A DNA stretch of 64,000 nt from positions 101,990,001-102,054,000 of the forward strand of contig OZ024742.1 in assembly GCA_964016885.1 (NCBI GenBank), read 5' to 3'. Shown piece after piece: positions 50,665 through 64,000 of the stretch. The first letter of the stretch is position 1, and every line of letters starts with the position of its first letter. This DNA comes from Eledone cirrhosa (taxonomy: Eukaryota). The translations under genes were made by a program, and so were the position numbers. The notes under the pieces are model-generated. The model did no database searches. It had not been told where the DNA came from and saw only the letters and a program-made list of their open reading frames with translations.

Positions 50665-51893
50665 GGGTGGGGGGAAAATATAGAGGAGCAATCAACTTCA
50701 GTACCAGATGGCTACTTTTTTTTTATCAATCTTAAAGGGATGAGAGGTAAAGTTGACCACATCGGCTTTTGAACTTAGAGCACAGAGAGATGGAACGAAT
50801 ATCGCGAAAGCATTCTGTCAGACTCTGTCAATTTGCCTCCTCCTTAGTACTTTTGATGTGATACCAAAAAGTAACATTTTACCATCGCATTGCTAGCATT
50901 TGTTGCGATTTAAGCATTCTCGTTGCGTGTTGTTTATGACGATGGGGATATACATAGTGTGTTTGTTAGTGTTAACCAGACCAGCCAATCTTTAAAACCC
51001 CAAACGGGGAGTACCATGACAAAATGTGTCCTAAAACAAGGAGAACTAAGGCAAAATGGGAAGATTTTACATAATAAAAACTATACCCATTTTCACAAGA
51101 GAAAACATGTCACCCACCCCAAAGTAGGTGGGAGATCTCCCCAACGGACGGGGAGAGTTGATAGATCTGGTGTTAACACACTGTTGCTATTAATGTGTAC
51201 AAACGCGTTGTTAATGTTGATATCGCTATTAGTGTGTAAACATTTTATTACTAGTTGCACAAACTTACACGTTGTACCCACACACGGCGCCCAGTCGTCA
51301 CTCACGATCGAGTATAACTTGGTAGTATGTCGGTTTTGAAGAGACAGTAGATTGTCCGACGTTTTACCGGGTCTCTTTTTTCCAAGTAAACTTTGCCTTT
51401 CATCCTTTTGTACAAAAAATGTACTAGTCCAGCTCCGAGTCGATTCTTTTAAATATCTTTTCACTTCCTCGCTTGCACCCCCTCTCACTCTTCCCTCTGG
51501 AAGAAATTGGCTGTGTTTAGAGCTGGAGAGTGGGCAGCTGGGTTTAACATGCCCATGGCACACTGTATGTCACTACGGCTCCCCTACGACTCCATCAGGA
51601 GTCATGGATCTATACATGAAGTTAAGTAACCATTGAGATGGTTACTGCACCATTAAAGGCATCATCTTGACATTGTGTTAGGGTATTGCATGGTATCTTG
51701 GAGGGCAGATAAGTACATGAAAAAAAACGAAGAAAAATAATTATTTCCCACCAAACGCAAGTGGGGAGTAGATCCGCGCAACTCCGATGGTCTTTTCGCA
51801 CCATCCCTCTTTTCCCCACAAAGCTAGTCGTTTCCGATTGGTCTGTATTCATTGATAACACGTAAAAAAAAAATCCTAGAGAAAACTCCGAGA

Positions 51894-51989
<96 letters not shown>

Positions 51990-52408
51990 TCCGTAGGGGG
52001 GTAACCCACCCACTTTGTTTTCCTGAGAAAAAAATTCGATTGCGAAACATCTTGGAAGGTTAGATTAGTTTTCAGCACACGAAAAACCCGAGGAAAAAAA
52101 ATGTTCTCCTCTGAAATCAAATTGACTGTTCTTTAAATTTACCAGTGTTAGCAAAGATACAGCAGAAGCGGTGACAGTATATAAACAGTTACCTACGTGC
52201 TAGATGTCCGGTACTCTATCAACTGGACCACTGATACACTCACTGCTCGAGAGAATTAAGTATTTGTACAACTTGTTGATGTATTGTTTCTGGTCCGAAC
52301 ATACCTCACACCTACAAAAGGTCAAGCAATTGATTATATTTATCACACCAGTGCGTGGGATAAATATATTACACCTGCACAAACACAAACACAAACACAA
52401 ACACTCAC

Positions 52409-52452
<44 letters not shown>

Positions 52453-52456
<4 letters not shown>

Positions 52457-52558
52457 GGAAAAAATGAAACGAAATTTCATTTCCCACTCTTAGTACGGCT
52501 GTTACTTAAATATAATTATGTACACGTACATACATATATGTATACAGACGTACAGTAG

Positions 52559-52594
<36 letters not shown>

Positions 52595-53002
52595 CACGCA
52601 CACATATATATATGCACGTATGGATTCACCGAACATTTATTATAATGCTCGGTGTGTTTGTAAACAAACATCCCATATTAAGCCGTAGTGTCTAGCAACC
52701 ATCGTTGCTCGTTTGTTCAACACTGACAAAGGAACGCTGTACTAGTTTCAAGCTTATTAGCTATCGTCAGCAACGTATACCTTCCTGCCAGATTGTTGAA
52801 CGTATATACTTACCTTATGCATATTAACGGCTGAGTAGCCCAATTTGCATATCGAGTGGGTTAATCGGCCGGGTGCACTGAAAACGATAAACGGAAAAAA
52901 TGAAACGAAATTTCATTTCCCACTCTTAGTACGGCTGTTACTTAAATATAAGTATGTATACGTACATACATATATGTATACAGACGTACATACTACTGTA
53001 CG

Positions 53003-53010
<8 letters not shown>
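52453..53010 (-). mobile_element. Retrozyme-like family B, second insertion (~1.2 units of 436 bp)
   Basis: AAACGGAAAAAATGAAACG at 52453 and 52889; highly similar to 7723-8122; (TA)n flanks. Confidence 0.87.
52734..52776 (-). ncRNA. Type I hammerhead (family B, intact)
   Basis: Reverse complement ACGTTG-CTGACGA-TAGCT aata AGCTT-GAAA-CTAG-TA-CAGCGT. Confidence 0.9.
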
Positions 53011-53041
<31 letters not shown>

Positions 53042-53840
53042 GATATTAGCACAATGAGAATGTTTTCATGTGAAATAGGAATTTGCAGAGTTGATCACGT
53101 AAATTCACATGGAAGTCTATAGTATAGAATCTGGGATAACCTTCTATCTTCTTTTTCTTTTTCTTTTTCTTTTTTCATGAAAGTGCATATATACTTATGT
53201 ATTTCAATTTTTTTTGAAGTTTTTTATCTCAGTTTTATCTCAACTCTGAATTTTAAACTAGACATATGATCATTATTTTTCACACATTATTGATACGTGT
53301 CTCATTCATGAATACTGATATTTACATTATAATACCTAATTTTTACATTGATGAAACATAATGTTTTAAATCTGCCTCGTTTATGTCTGGTTATTTTCTT
53401 TTCTCTCTAAGTAACGGCTGTTTTCTCTCCTAACCACATATATCTCTCTCTACCTTAATACTAGAACTAAATAAATAAATAAATAAATAAATATATCATT
53501 GATACGTCATTCAACTGGTGCCCAACTACCTATTTTCTTTCTCTCTATCTATATTTTTTCTCTCTCTCCTCTCTCTCTCTCTCTATCTATCTCCCTCTGT
53601 GTTTTTTCCTCTCTCTATATATTTCTCTCTGTTTCTTTACATGAATTTCTTCTCTCTATCTATCTCTCTATATCTATCTCTCTCTATTTAGTTGCATGCA
53701 TTTCTTCTTTTTCTTCGCTTTTTTCTTTCTTTCTTTTTATAACTGTCCCTAACATTTTTCACTACCAAATCAACTTTTTAAATGGAAGATGAAGTTGAAA
53801 GGTATGTCAAATCTATCTATTTATAAGACTGTTTATATTG

Positions 53841-53906
53841 TATTTTGTCTGAAGAAGGCATACCATATTTTTAATGTGATATCCCTGAAATATATATAAT
53901 GAAATA
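53841..53906 (+). ncRNA. Type I hammerhead (family D relative) in a pLTR remnant ending at ~54036
   Basis: TATTTTGT-CTGAAGA-AGG..CATATT ttt AATGTG..CCT-GAAA-TATATA-TA-ATGAAATA. Confidence 0.8.
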
Positions 53907-54032
53907 AATATGGTTTTATAAATATAGTTTCCATTTATTTAATATCGTAAATATACTCCAAATACTTGTTGAGTGCTTTTATATCAGTTATAAATATTTA
54001 CTCGTTGTAACCCAACAATTTAAATAAAACTT

Positions 54033-54080
<48 letters not shown>

Positions 54081-54087
<7 letters not shown>

Positions 54088-56861
54088 ACCTACATTCCGC
54101 GGGCTCACATACATTCTCTGTGCGTGATTTGGCTCAGTTCAGCCAATCAGCGCCAGTAGAAGAGGATGTATCCCTACGCGCCCTGAGGAAGAAATTCCCC
54201 GCGAAGATTTGAAGAATCTCTCTCTTGTACCAGAAACCTCGAGCCAGCAACACGCATAATGTAACGGTGAGATTTTGCACCCTAGCCTCGCCGGCTTAAC
54301 GGCGCAATGGCACATTCCCTTTTGTAACCTCTTTTTATCTGTAACTTCAACCATATAAGTTAACAAACATTGTTTGTGCTACATCAAAAATAAACATACA
54401 TTTCATCTCTAGTTTCTGCTGTTGAAATCATTATTGTTACTCGTGTCTCAATAACATCTATAATTCATGCTGCTGGAATTGGCGACCTGATGAAAGGAAT
54501 ATTGTAAATACAAAGATGGCAAATAGATCGAGGGACCTTCCCTCACGTCTATGTCGACAAGATAATCCAACGAGGATACTATCACTTGCCACACTGGCAA
54601 CTCACGACTTCAATCATCTACCCTGTTAAAGTGGCGACCACTCATTCCACACTGCTAAAGTGGTGACCGACGTAAGAATTTAACGCAGCCCTTCTTTTTT
54701 ATTCAGTTGAACTTTTATTGCCACGTTGCCAACCTTTTCGCAACTTGCGAAAATACAATATATTCCTTTCAAAAATTTTTTTTTGAAAGATTAGCAGTAT
54801 TTCAAAAAACTTTTCGCCACGAGGAAATTTCAAAATGGCTACCGACAGGTCCTGTCTACAATCAACAACAACGACAGCAGCGGCAGCGACAGCATTGTTT
54901 AACCACTGACCAAAGCAGGGAATAGTGAGTGGCAGCTTCATAGCCTTACCGACGCAAACCACCACACTTCGGAAATTTCAAAACGGCTTGTAACTTTACC
55001 GACGCAACCACCATACCTTTTGTCTCGTTACCACAGGGACTCGAGAAATTGAGACAGTAGTTTTCTCACCATTATGGCGTCAGACGTGGCTGCCATATTG
55101 GACTCTGGGTTCTTCAGCGCTTGAATGCTGCTCTACAGAAGATTCATTGACTTTGCTTTAACAACAAAACCTTATGTCACACAGGGTGGCAAGACGGTAG
55201 AATGGCCACGAAAACTCTCCAAAACACCATACATCTAACCCCTAACGGCATTAACAAACTTCTTTTTCAGTTTTCAGATAGAACTAGTGTCTGTACACTG
55301 GTGATGTGTGAACTATTTGACTTTGAAAAACTTTGAACTTATTGAGCAATTTCTCTGCTCCCTTAGATTGGCTTTGAATTATTAGTTTGTTACATTCACA
55401 TATTTCTTTGTAGGATGCATTTACTTGTTTTGTGCTCTTTTGCCATTTGCTTGCTCATGGTTTTTGTTCATTCACATTCTTTGCTGTTTTACATGCCTGC
55501 ATATGCACACATTTTTTTGTCACACACCAACATGTTGTTCTTGGTATATGTTCTTCAAACGTAATATTCTGTGAGTCCCTTTTCACCTGGTTGAGGTGCT
55601 GTCACATGCTAGCAGCTCATTGAGCTTAATCCACTGGATTTAAACTGGCACCGCAACACGAGAATACTAATTGCAGCTGAACTCAAACAGTTTTGCATCT
55701 CATTGCACACTGATCGTCCATGACGGCCTTCGTCTTGCTGTTTTTGCCCGACTTGTCAGCATTTCCACCACTTCTGTGGATTCGCCCGAATTATGGAATT
55801 TACACTGCAACCCACCTACAGATTAAACTTGCTTTTTTTTCTTTTCAAAGCAACCAGCCATTTTTTCCTGGCTCCCTAGCACATTCGGCAATACATCTGG
55901 GATGCAAACATTTTCTCGCCTACCCATCATCTTCTCGCCAGCACTGGTAAACTACCATAATAGCTTCGTTCACAGCTACTGGTACAACGCTTACCATTAA
56001 CATTTAATGCAAGAACAGCAACTTCGCCCATGTCAGACTTTATCTGTTTTCTGGTAGGCCCTTGAGGGTCTCGTTTAAACTACAAAACAGCTAGTCATTT
56101 GACAGCGGCTCAACACGGCCCGTCGCGCCTAATTTTTTTTGTTCTTGCATGAATCTTTCTGCTCAATTATTTTATCACTGATGTGCTCTTTCAGCATTTG
56201 TTCTTGCTGATTCAATAATATGTGGGTCCTTGGTTTCTTCGTTATCGATTTTCGGCTGAAAATCTGCTCGGAGGTGATGTAGTGACCTACATTCCGCGGG
56301 CTCACATACATTCTCTGTGCGTGATTTGGCTCAGTTCAGCCAATCAGCGCCAGTAGAAGAGGATGTATCCCTACGCGCCCTGAGGAAGAAATTCCCCGCG
56401 AAGATTTGAAGAATCTCTCTCTTGTACCAAAAACTTCGAGCCAGCAACACGCATAATGTAACGGTGAGATTTTGCACCCTAGCCTCGCCGGCTTAACGGC
56501 GCAATGGCACATTCCCTTTTGTAACCTCTTTTTATCTGTAACTTCAACCATATAAGTTAACGAACATTGTTTGTGCTACATCAAAAATAAACAAACATTT
56601 CATCTCTAATTACTGCTGTTGAAGTCGTTGTTATGTTACTCGTGTCTCAATAACATCTATAATCCATGCTGCTGGAATTGGCGACCTGATGAAAGGAATA
56701 TTGTAAATACAAATATGGCAAATAGATCGAGGGACCTTCCCTCACGTCTATGTCGACAAGATAATCCAACGAGGATACTATCACTTACCACACTGGCAAC
56801 TAACGACCTTCAATCATCTACCCTGTTAAAGTGGCGACTATTCAACTTTCATACTGCTAAA
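54081..56861 (+). mobile_element. Non-autonomous LTR retroelement (LTRs 54081-54659 and 56278-56861) inserted in (TA)n
   Basis: ~580-bp direct repeats starting TGTAG with AATAAA inside; PBS TGGTGACCGACGT (tRNA-Trp-like) at 54661; short purine tract GGAGGTGA before the 3' LTR; 1.6-kb interior with no long ORF. Confidence 0.85.
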
Positions 56862-56881
56862 TATATATATATATATACATA

Positions 56882-56934
<53 letters not shown>

Positions 56935-57118
56935 GGTTTTATAAATATAGTTTCCATTTATTTAATATCGTATATATAAATATATATATACATATACACG
57001 CACAAACCCACCACGCGTACACACATGTACATGTGCACTCACTCCAATACTGTATACATACAACTTACATACATACTTTCATACATACGTATATACTTAC
57101 ATATATACATACGTATAT

Positions 57119-57149
<31 letters not shown>

Positions 57150-58261
57150 TGTACATATATACATACTGGTGTATATATGTGTATTACTCTGTTACTCTAT
57201 TACGTGTTTCAGCCGAGGGACTGAGGCTATGTTGGGGCACCACCATTGATGCTGCACTTTCTATAGCAGCCTGGTTGGCCATTGATGCATATAGAAATAT
57301 ATATATATATGTGTGTGTGTATATGTGTGTGTGTGTGTACACACAATATGTACATACACATATATATAATACGTACATATATACAATACATACATACGTA
57401 CATATATACAATACATACATACATTCATACTTGTATACATACATACAATATATACATGCATACATACATATATATATACATATATACCTACATACATACA
57501 ATACATACATACACACATACATACATTCATACATACATACATACTTACATACATACATACATACAATACACACATACATACATGGTGGCTGCCAACTTGT
57601 TTTCGAGTACGGCCACTACTTTATATCCATGTAGGAGAACCCTTACCGATGCGCTGAACGAGTGACTTTTTAGTCCAGCCAGCGACTTGAAAACTCAGGT
57701 ACAAACACTACACTTGTGACAATTATTGACACATAGTGCTGGGCCCATGGTACCATGTGACGACAAGTGCAGAGAGATCTCCAGATATAAAGCAATGCCT
57801 GTGTCGTGAAGCTTTTATAGTGAGCAAAGGCACTGCACAAAGCCAGTCCCACTCTGTTAACCAAGATGATATTTACCAAAAAGAAGAACAAGTCAACAAC
57901 ATTGGATACCATCAGGGTTGCAGGTGTTATATCAGAGTTTTCCTTCTCCTGGAATTCTGCTTTGACAAAGGCTAAGGGGTCATCTCTCCCGGTGATTTTG
58001 GATGGCCATTGACTCTTAAGAGCTCCTTTGCCCTTTGACAGGTTTTGTTTTAGTCCTGCAGGATGTCGAAAGTCACCCTCCTCACCAAGAAACCTTGGTG
58101 GGGTTGCCAGTTTAGTCGCCAACGACCCGACCAGGAGACAGGTTGTACTGGGATACATGTTACCAGTAGCACCAACTGGTGACCTGACATAAACATACAT
58201 ACATACATACATACATACATACATACATAAACATACATACATACATACATACATACATACA

Positions 58262-58295
<34 letters not shown>

Positions 58296-58327
58296 CTTAC
58301 ATACATACATACACACATACATACATA

Positions 58328-58706
58328 GAGATCGTGGAGATCAGCTGCCCACTTGATGTAAACGTTGTCAGAAAAATACAGGAGAAGGAGGACATCTACG
58401 GACCATTGATGAGGAGTTTACAAATCCAGTATCCAAGATACACCTTTAGCTTCATACCCATCATTATTAGAGCTACGGGTTATATACCAACCCGCTTGGA
58501 CCAAAGTATGACTGAACTTGGATTTGCGGACAAAAAGCGCAGCTCCCTAATTCATAGTCTACAAATGGCTGCGATAGCTAGCACCTTCAAAATTTGCAAA
58601 ACATTCTTGCGATTCAAGGGATGACAATTTCTTTTCTTTTACAACCTTGCCACCAGGAAGGTGGCCGGTCAAAAAAAATATACTCGAAATTAAGAGAAAG
58701 AGATAA
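58328..58706 (+). mobile_element. 3' end of an R4/Dong-like RLE non-LTR retrotransposon in a (CATA)n tract
   Basis: EIVEISCPLDVNVVRKIQEKEDIYGPL...FIPIIIRATGYIP...LQMAAIASTFKICKTFL (RLE C-terminus) to a stop at 58624, then a short 3' UTR; (CATA)n on both sides. Confidence 0.75.
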
Positions 58707-59454
58707 CATACATACATAAAATACATACATACATACTTACTTACATACATACATATATACATACATACATAGAAGGAGGCAGGAACAGATATGCTAATGA
58801 GTACCAGGTGGTGATCGAACCCGTTTCCGATTTAACGCTTGTCTGAATGGCACCGATATACGATAATACATTCAAGCGTTAATCTAATATATACAGTTCG
58901 ATAACCATCTGTCTCCCCGCCCCGTCTCTTTTTCACATACATACACATACATACACACACATACATGCACACACACACATACACACACACACGCACACAC
59001 ATACACGCACACACACGCACACACACCTACACACACATATACACGCACACACACATACATATACACGCACACACACGCACACACGCACACACAAACAAAC
59101 AATAACATACACATACACATACACACAAACACACACACAAAAACACACATACATATACACATACACACACAGAAACACACACACAAACGCACACACATGC
59201 ACAAACACACACACATATACAAACACACACACATATATACACACACACATACACAAACACACACACAAACACACACACACAAACATACACACACACACAC
59301 AAACATACACACGCGCCCACACACAGACACATACACACACATACATATAGACACACACACACACAATTGCCACCTTTTCTCTTTGTTATGTCTGAATGTA
59401 TTTGTGGTTTTTACGTGAGCTGGTCTGAAGGTTTGAATGCGTGTTTCGGTTTGC

Positions 59455-59846
59455 CTCTGTGTGTGGCTGTGTGGAGGTGTATGTATGTGTGCTAGGGTGG
59501 GTCTCTGTGTGTGGCTGTGTGGAGGTGTATGTATGTGTGCTAGGGTGGGTCTCTGTGTGTGGCTGTGTGGAGGTGTATGTATGTGTGCTAGGGTGGGTCT
59601 CTGTGTGTGGCTGTGTGGAGGTGTATGTATGTGTGCTAGGGTGGGTCTCTGTGTGTGGCTGTGTGGAGGTGTATGTATGTGTGCTAGGGTGGGTCTCTGT
59701 GTGTGGCTGTGTGGAGGTGTATGTATGTGTGCTAGGGTGGGTCTCTGTGTGTAGCTGTGTGGAGGCGTATGTATGTGTGCTAGGGTGGGTCTCTGTGTGT
59801 GGCTGTGTGGAGGTGTATGTATGTGTGCTAGGGTGGGTCTCTGTGT
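59455..59846. repeat. 48-bp minisatellite, ~8 copies
   Basis: CTCTGTGTGTGGCTGTGTGGAGGTGTATGTATGTGTGCTAGGGTGGGT. Confidence 0.95.
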
Positions 59847-61370
59847 GCATATATGTGTGTGTTTGGGTAGGTTTGTGTATGTATATATGTGTGTGTTTGG
59901 GTATGTTTGTGTATGTATATATGTGTGTGTTTGGGTATGTTTGTGTATGTATATATGTGTGTGTTTGGGTGGGTTTGTGTATGTATATGTGTGTGTGTTT
60001 GGGTAGGTTTGTGTATGTATATATGTGTGTGTTTGGGTAGGTTTGTGTATGTATATATGTGTGTGTTTGGGTATGTTTGTGTATGTATATATGTGTGTGT
60101 TTGGGTATGTTTGTGTATGTATATATGTGTGTGTTTGGGTGGGTTTGTGTATGTATATGTGTGTGTGTTTGGGTAGGTTTGTGTATGTATATATGTGTGT
60201 GTTTGCGTAGGTTTGTGTATGTATACATGTGTGTGTTTGGGTATGTTTGTGTATGTATATATGTGTGTGTTTGGGTGGGTTTGTGTATGTATATATATGT
60301 GTGTGTTTGTGTAGGTTTGTGTATGTATATATGTGTGTGTTTGGGTGGGTTTGTGTATGTATATGTGTGTGTGTTTGGGTAGGTTTGTGTATGTATATAT
60401 ATGTGTGTTTGGGTAGGTTTGTGTATGTATATATATGTGTGTTTGGGTAGGTTTGTGTATGTATATATGTGTGTGTTTGGGTAGGTTTGTGTATGTATAT
60501 ATATGTGTGTTTGGGTAGGTTTGTGTATGTATATATATGTGTGTTTGGGTAGGTTTGTGTATGTATATATGTGTGTGTTTGGGTAGGTTTGTGTATGTAT
60601 ATATGTGTGTTTGGGTAGGTTTGTGTATGTATATATGTGTGTTTGGGTATGTTTGTGTATGTATATATGTGTGTTTGGGTAGGTTTGTGTATGTATATAT
60701 GTGTGTTTGGGTAGGTTTGTGTATGTATATATGTGTGTTTGGGTAGGTTTGTGTATGTATATATGTGTGTTTGGGTAGGTTTGTGTATGTATATATGTGT
60801 GTTTGGGTATGTTTGTGTATGTATATATATGTGTGTTTGGGTAGGTTTGTGTATGTATATATGTGTGTTTGGGTATGTTTGTGTATGTATATATGTGTGT
60901 TTGGGTAGGTTTGTGTATGTATATATGTGTGTTTGGGTAGGTTTGTGTATGTATATATGTGTGTTTGGGTATGTTTGTGTATGTATATATGTGTGTTTGG
61001 GTAGGTTTGTGTATGTATATATGTGTGTTTGGGTATGTTTGTGTATGTATATATATGTGTGTTTGGGTAGGTTTGTGTATGTATATATGTGTGTTTGGGT
61101 ATGTTTGTGTATGTATATATATGTGTGTGTTTGGGTATGTTTGTGTATGTATATATGTGTGTTTGGGTAGGTTTGTGTATGTATATATATGTGTGTTTGG
61201 GTAGGTTTGTGTATGTATATATGTGTGTTTGGGTAGGTTTGTGTATGTATATATGTGTGTTTGGGTAGGTTTGTGTATGTATATATGTGTGTTTGGGTAG
61301 GTTTGTGTATGTATATATGTGTGTTTGGGTATGTTTGTGTATGTATATATGTGTATGTTTGGGTGGGCTA
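59847..61370. repeat. ~32-36 bp minisatellite
   Basis: GTTTGGGTA(G/T)GTTTGTGTATGTATATATGTGT(GT). Confidence 0.95.
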
Positions 61371-61401
61371 TGAGTACATGTGTATCTATGTTGGGGTTGG
61401 G

Positions 61402-61467
<66 letters not shown>

Positions 61468-61505
61468 ATATTAACAAATGGAAACTATATTTATAAAACC
61501 ATATT

Positions 61506-61571
61506 TATTTTATTATACATATTTCAAGGGCCACCAAGGCAGATTATGGTGCACTTTCATCAGATAAAATA
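61506..61571 (-). ncRNA. Type I hammerhead (family D) in a pLTR remnant at 61464-61648
   Basis: Reverse complement TATTTTAT-CTGATGA-AAGTGCACCA..TGGTGGCCCTT-GAAA-TATGTA-TA-ATAAAATA. Confidence 0.85.
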
Positions 61572-61644
61572 CAATAGAGATTAGTTTTATAAATAAATAT
61601 TGACATACCCTGAAAAAATGCAGCCTTAACGGTTGGAGCTTCCT

Positions 61645-61696
<52 letters not shown>

Positions 61697-61698
<2 letters not shown>

Positions 61699-62042
61699 AG
61701 GCACATGGCTTAGTGGTTAGAGCATTGGCCTTGCAATCGAAAGGTTGTGAGTTCAATTCTCAGACCGGGTGATGTGTTGTTTCCTTGAGCAAGACACTTT
61801 ATTTCACATTGCTCCAGTTTACTCAGCTGTAGAAATGAGATGATAGGTACTGCGGACCCTATCATTCCACTGCAAAGTGGTCGTGGAGGTGCCACGGCAA
61901 AAAAGCACCCAGCACTCACTGTAAATGAGGTTGGTGTTAGGAAGGGCATCCAGCTGTAGAAATCAAGCCAGAATCAGTTCCCGTCCCACCCTTGCAAGCA
62001 GGGAAAAGTAGACATAAAATGAAATGAAATGATGATGATGAT
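61697..62042 (+). mobile_element. tRNA-derived SINE S1
   Basis: Close copy of 14510-14902 with an internal deletion in the tail. Confidence 0.85.
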
Positions 62043-62056
62043 ATATATATATATAT

Positions 62057-63745
62057 ATTGGAATAAATGCTCTGAAATAGCGATATATATGTGAATATAG
62101 ACATAGAATATTCGAAAATATTCTGTATGTTTATAATAAACATTTTGAAGACCTAATCGCTATAGAATAGAATACGTCACGTATTACAATTAGATTCTCG
62201 ATAAAAGCAAGGGAAGTAATCTACGCGTTTCATTCTTATTAGAAATCTTCAGGACTACATATCCAGTGCTTTTATCGAGAATGACACAGCTAGAGACTTA
62301 TAGAATACTTAGCTGTGTACAGGAACTGGTTTGAAAGAGCGGTTGCCGGTCCGGCAGAAATTAGAAATTGGAATAAATGCTCTGAAATAGCGATATATAT
62401 GTGAATATAGACATAGAATATTCGAAAATATTCTGTATGTTTATAATAAACATTTTGAAGACCTAATCGCTATAGAATAGAATACGTCACGTATTACAAT
62501 TAGATTCTCGATAAAAGCAAGGGAAGTAATCTACGCGTTTCATTCTTATTAGAAATCTTCAGGACTACATATCCAGTGCTTTTATCGAGAATGACACAGC
62601 TAGAGACTTATAGAATACTTAGCTGTGTACAGGAACTGGTTTGAAAGAGCGGTTGCCGGTCCGGCAGAAATTAGAAATTGGAATAAATGCTCTGAAATAG
62701 CGATATATATGTGAATATAGACATAGAATATTCGAAAATATTCTGTATGTTTATAATAAACATTTTGAAGACCTAATCGCTATAGAATAGAATACGTCAC
62801 GTATTACAATTAGATTCTCGATAAAAGCAAGGGAAGTAATCTACGCGTTTCATTCTTATTAGAAATCTTCAGGACTACATATCCAGTGCTTTTATCGAGA
62901 ATGACACAGCTAGAGACTTATAGAATACTTAGCTGTGTACAGGAACTGGTTTGAAAGAGCGGTTGCCGGTCCGGCAGAAATTAGAAATTGGAATAAATGC
63001 TCTGAAATAGCGATATATATGTGAATATAGACATAGAATATTCGAAAATATTCTGTATGTTTATAATAAACATTTTGAAGACCTAATCGCTATAGAATAG
63101 AATACGTCACGTATTACAATTAGATTCTCGATAAAAGCAAGGGAAGTAATCTACGCGTTTCATTCTTATTAGAAATCTTCAGGACTACATATCCAGTGCT
63201 TTTATCGAGAATGACACAGCTAGAGACTTATAGAATACTTAGCTGTGTACAGGAACTGGTTTGAAAGAGCGGTTGCCGGTCCGGCAGAAATTAGAAATTG
63301 GAATAAATGCTCTGAAATAGCGATATATATGTGAATATAGACATAGAATATTCGAAAATATTCTGTATGTTTATAATAAACATTTTGAAGACCTAATCGC
63401 TATAGAATAGAATACGTCACGTATTACAATTAGATTCTCGATAAAAGCAAGGGAAGTAATCTACGCGTTTCATTCTTATTAGAAATCTTCAGGACTACAT
63501 ATCCAGTGCTTTTATCGAGAATGACACAGCTAGAGACTTATAGAATACTTAGCTGTGTACAGGAACTGGTTTGAAAGAGCGGTTGCCGGTCCGGCAGAAA
63601 TTAGAAATTGGAATAAATGCTCTGAAATAGCGATATATATGTGAATATAGACATAGAATATTCGAAAATATTCTGTATGTTTATAATAAACATTTTGAAG
63701 ACCTAATCGCTATAGAATAGAATACGTCACGTATTACAATTAGAT
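62057..63745 (-). mobile_element. Retrozyme-like tandem array C: ~5.45 x 310 bp, one hammerhead per unit
   Basis: TTGGAATAAATGC at 62058, 62368, 62678, 62988, 63298 and 63608; copies look identical; (TA)n flanks. Confidence 0.9.
62216..62258 (-). ncRNA. Type I hammerhead (array C copy 1; others at 62526-62568, 62836-62878, 63146-63188, 63456-63498)
   Basis: Reverse complement GTAGTC-CTGAAGA-TTTCT aata AGAAT-GAAA-CGCG-TA-GATTAC. Confidence 0.9.
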
Positions 63746-63826
63746 ATATATATATATTATGAAGAGAGAAGAAACATTTAGATATAATTAGTAATAAAAT
63801 GTATCATACCTAAACTGTTCCTAAAT

Positions 63827-63914
63827 TCCTCGACTACGTAGTTTCGTGGCATAAACAAAAACAATATATCAAAGATATAGAGTCCTTGCGAGGTCTGCCG
63901 ACTTATCAAGAGGA
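63827..63914 (-). ncRNA. Degenerate hammerhead with a long stem II
   Basis: Reverse complement TCCTC-TTGATAA-GTCGGCA...TGCCAC-GAAA-CTACGTAG-TC-GAGGA (two core substitutions). Confidence 0.55.
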
Positions 63915-64000
63915 TACCTCATTTTACTAGTCTCAAGAACGCGTCTACACGACGTGAGAAAGAATCCCAAAAGGCGGAGGGGGAGATAGTCACGCGATAT

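Noticed and set aside
54484-54520. CTGATGA in the LTR (also ~56686) and at ~37768 as hammerheads
   Set aside because: No stem II followed by GAAA, and no stem I/III pairing
57195-57295. Minus-strand GAAA-CACG-TA as a hammerhead 3' half
   Set aside because: No CUGANGA upstream; resembles a SINE-like tail (GGTGGTGCCCCA..CTGAAAC)

Overview
AT-rich, microsatellite-laden animal DNA, most likely an octopus or other cephalopod (inferred from the SINE types and repeat landscape). Nearly all long ORFs in the track are microsatellite translation artefacts. Real coding remnants are two Naiad-type and one Neptune-type Penelope-like element (PLE; RT and/or GIY-YIG), two fragments of an R4/Dong-like RLE LINE, an RTE 3' fragment and one probable host terminal exon (29026-29290). 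There are also a non-autonomous LTR element with a tRNA-Trp-like PBS, tRNA-derived SINEs and several MITEs. The main signal is non-coding: about 29 type I hammerhead ribozyme (HHR) motifs read by eye, some degenerate. They lie in PLE pseudo-LTRs, in fold-back pLTR remnants and in at least five families of small, structured, tandemly or terminally repeated units (466, ~424-436, 310, 681 and ~344 nt). These look like retrozymes, i.e. genomic copies of circular RNAs mobilised by PLE RT into (TA)n tracts. Folds and counts are manual and need computational confirmation.
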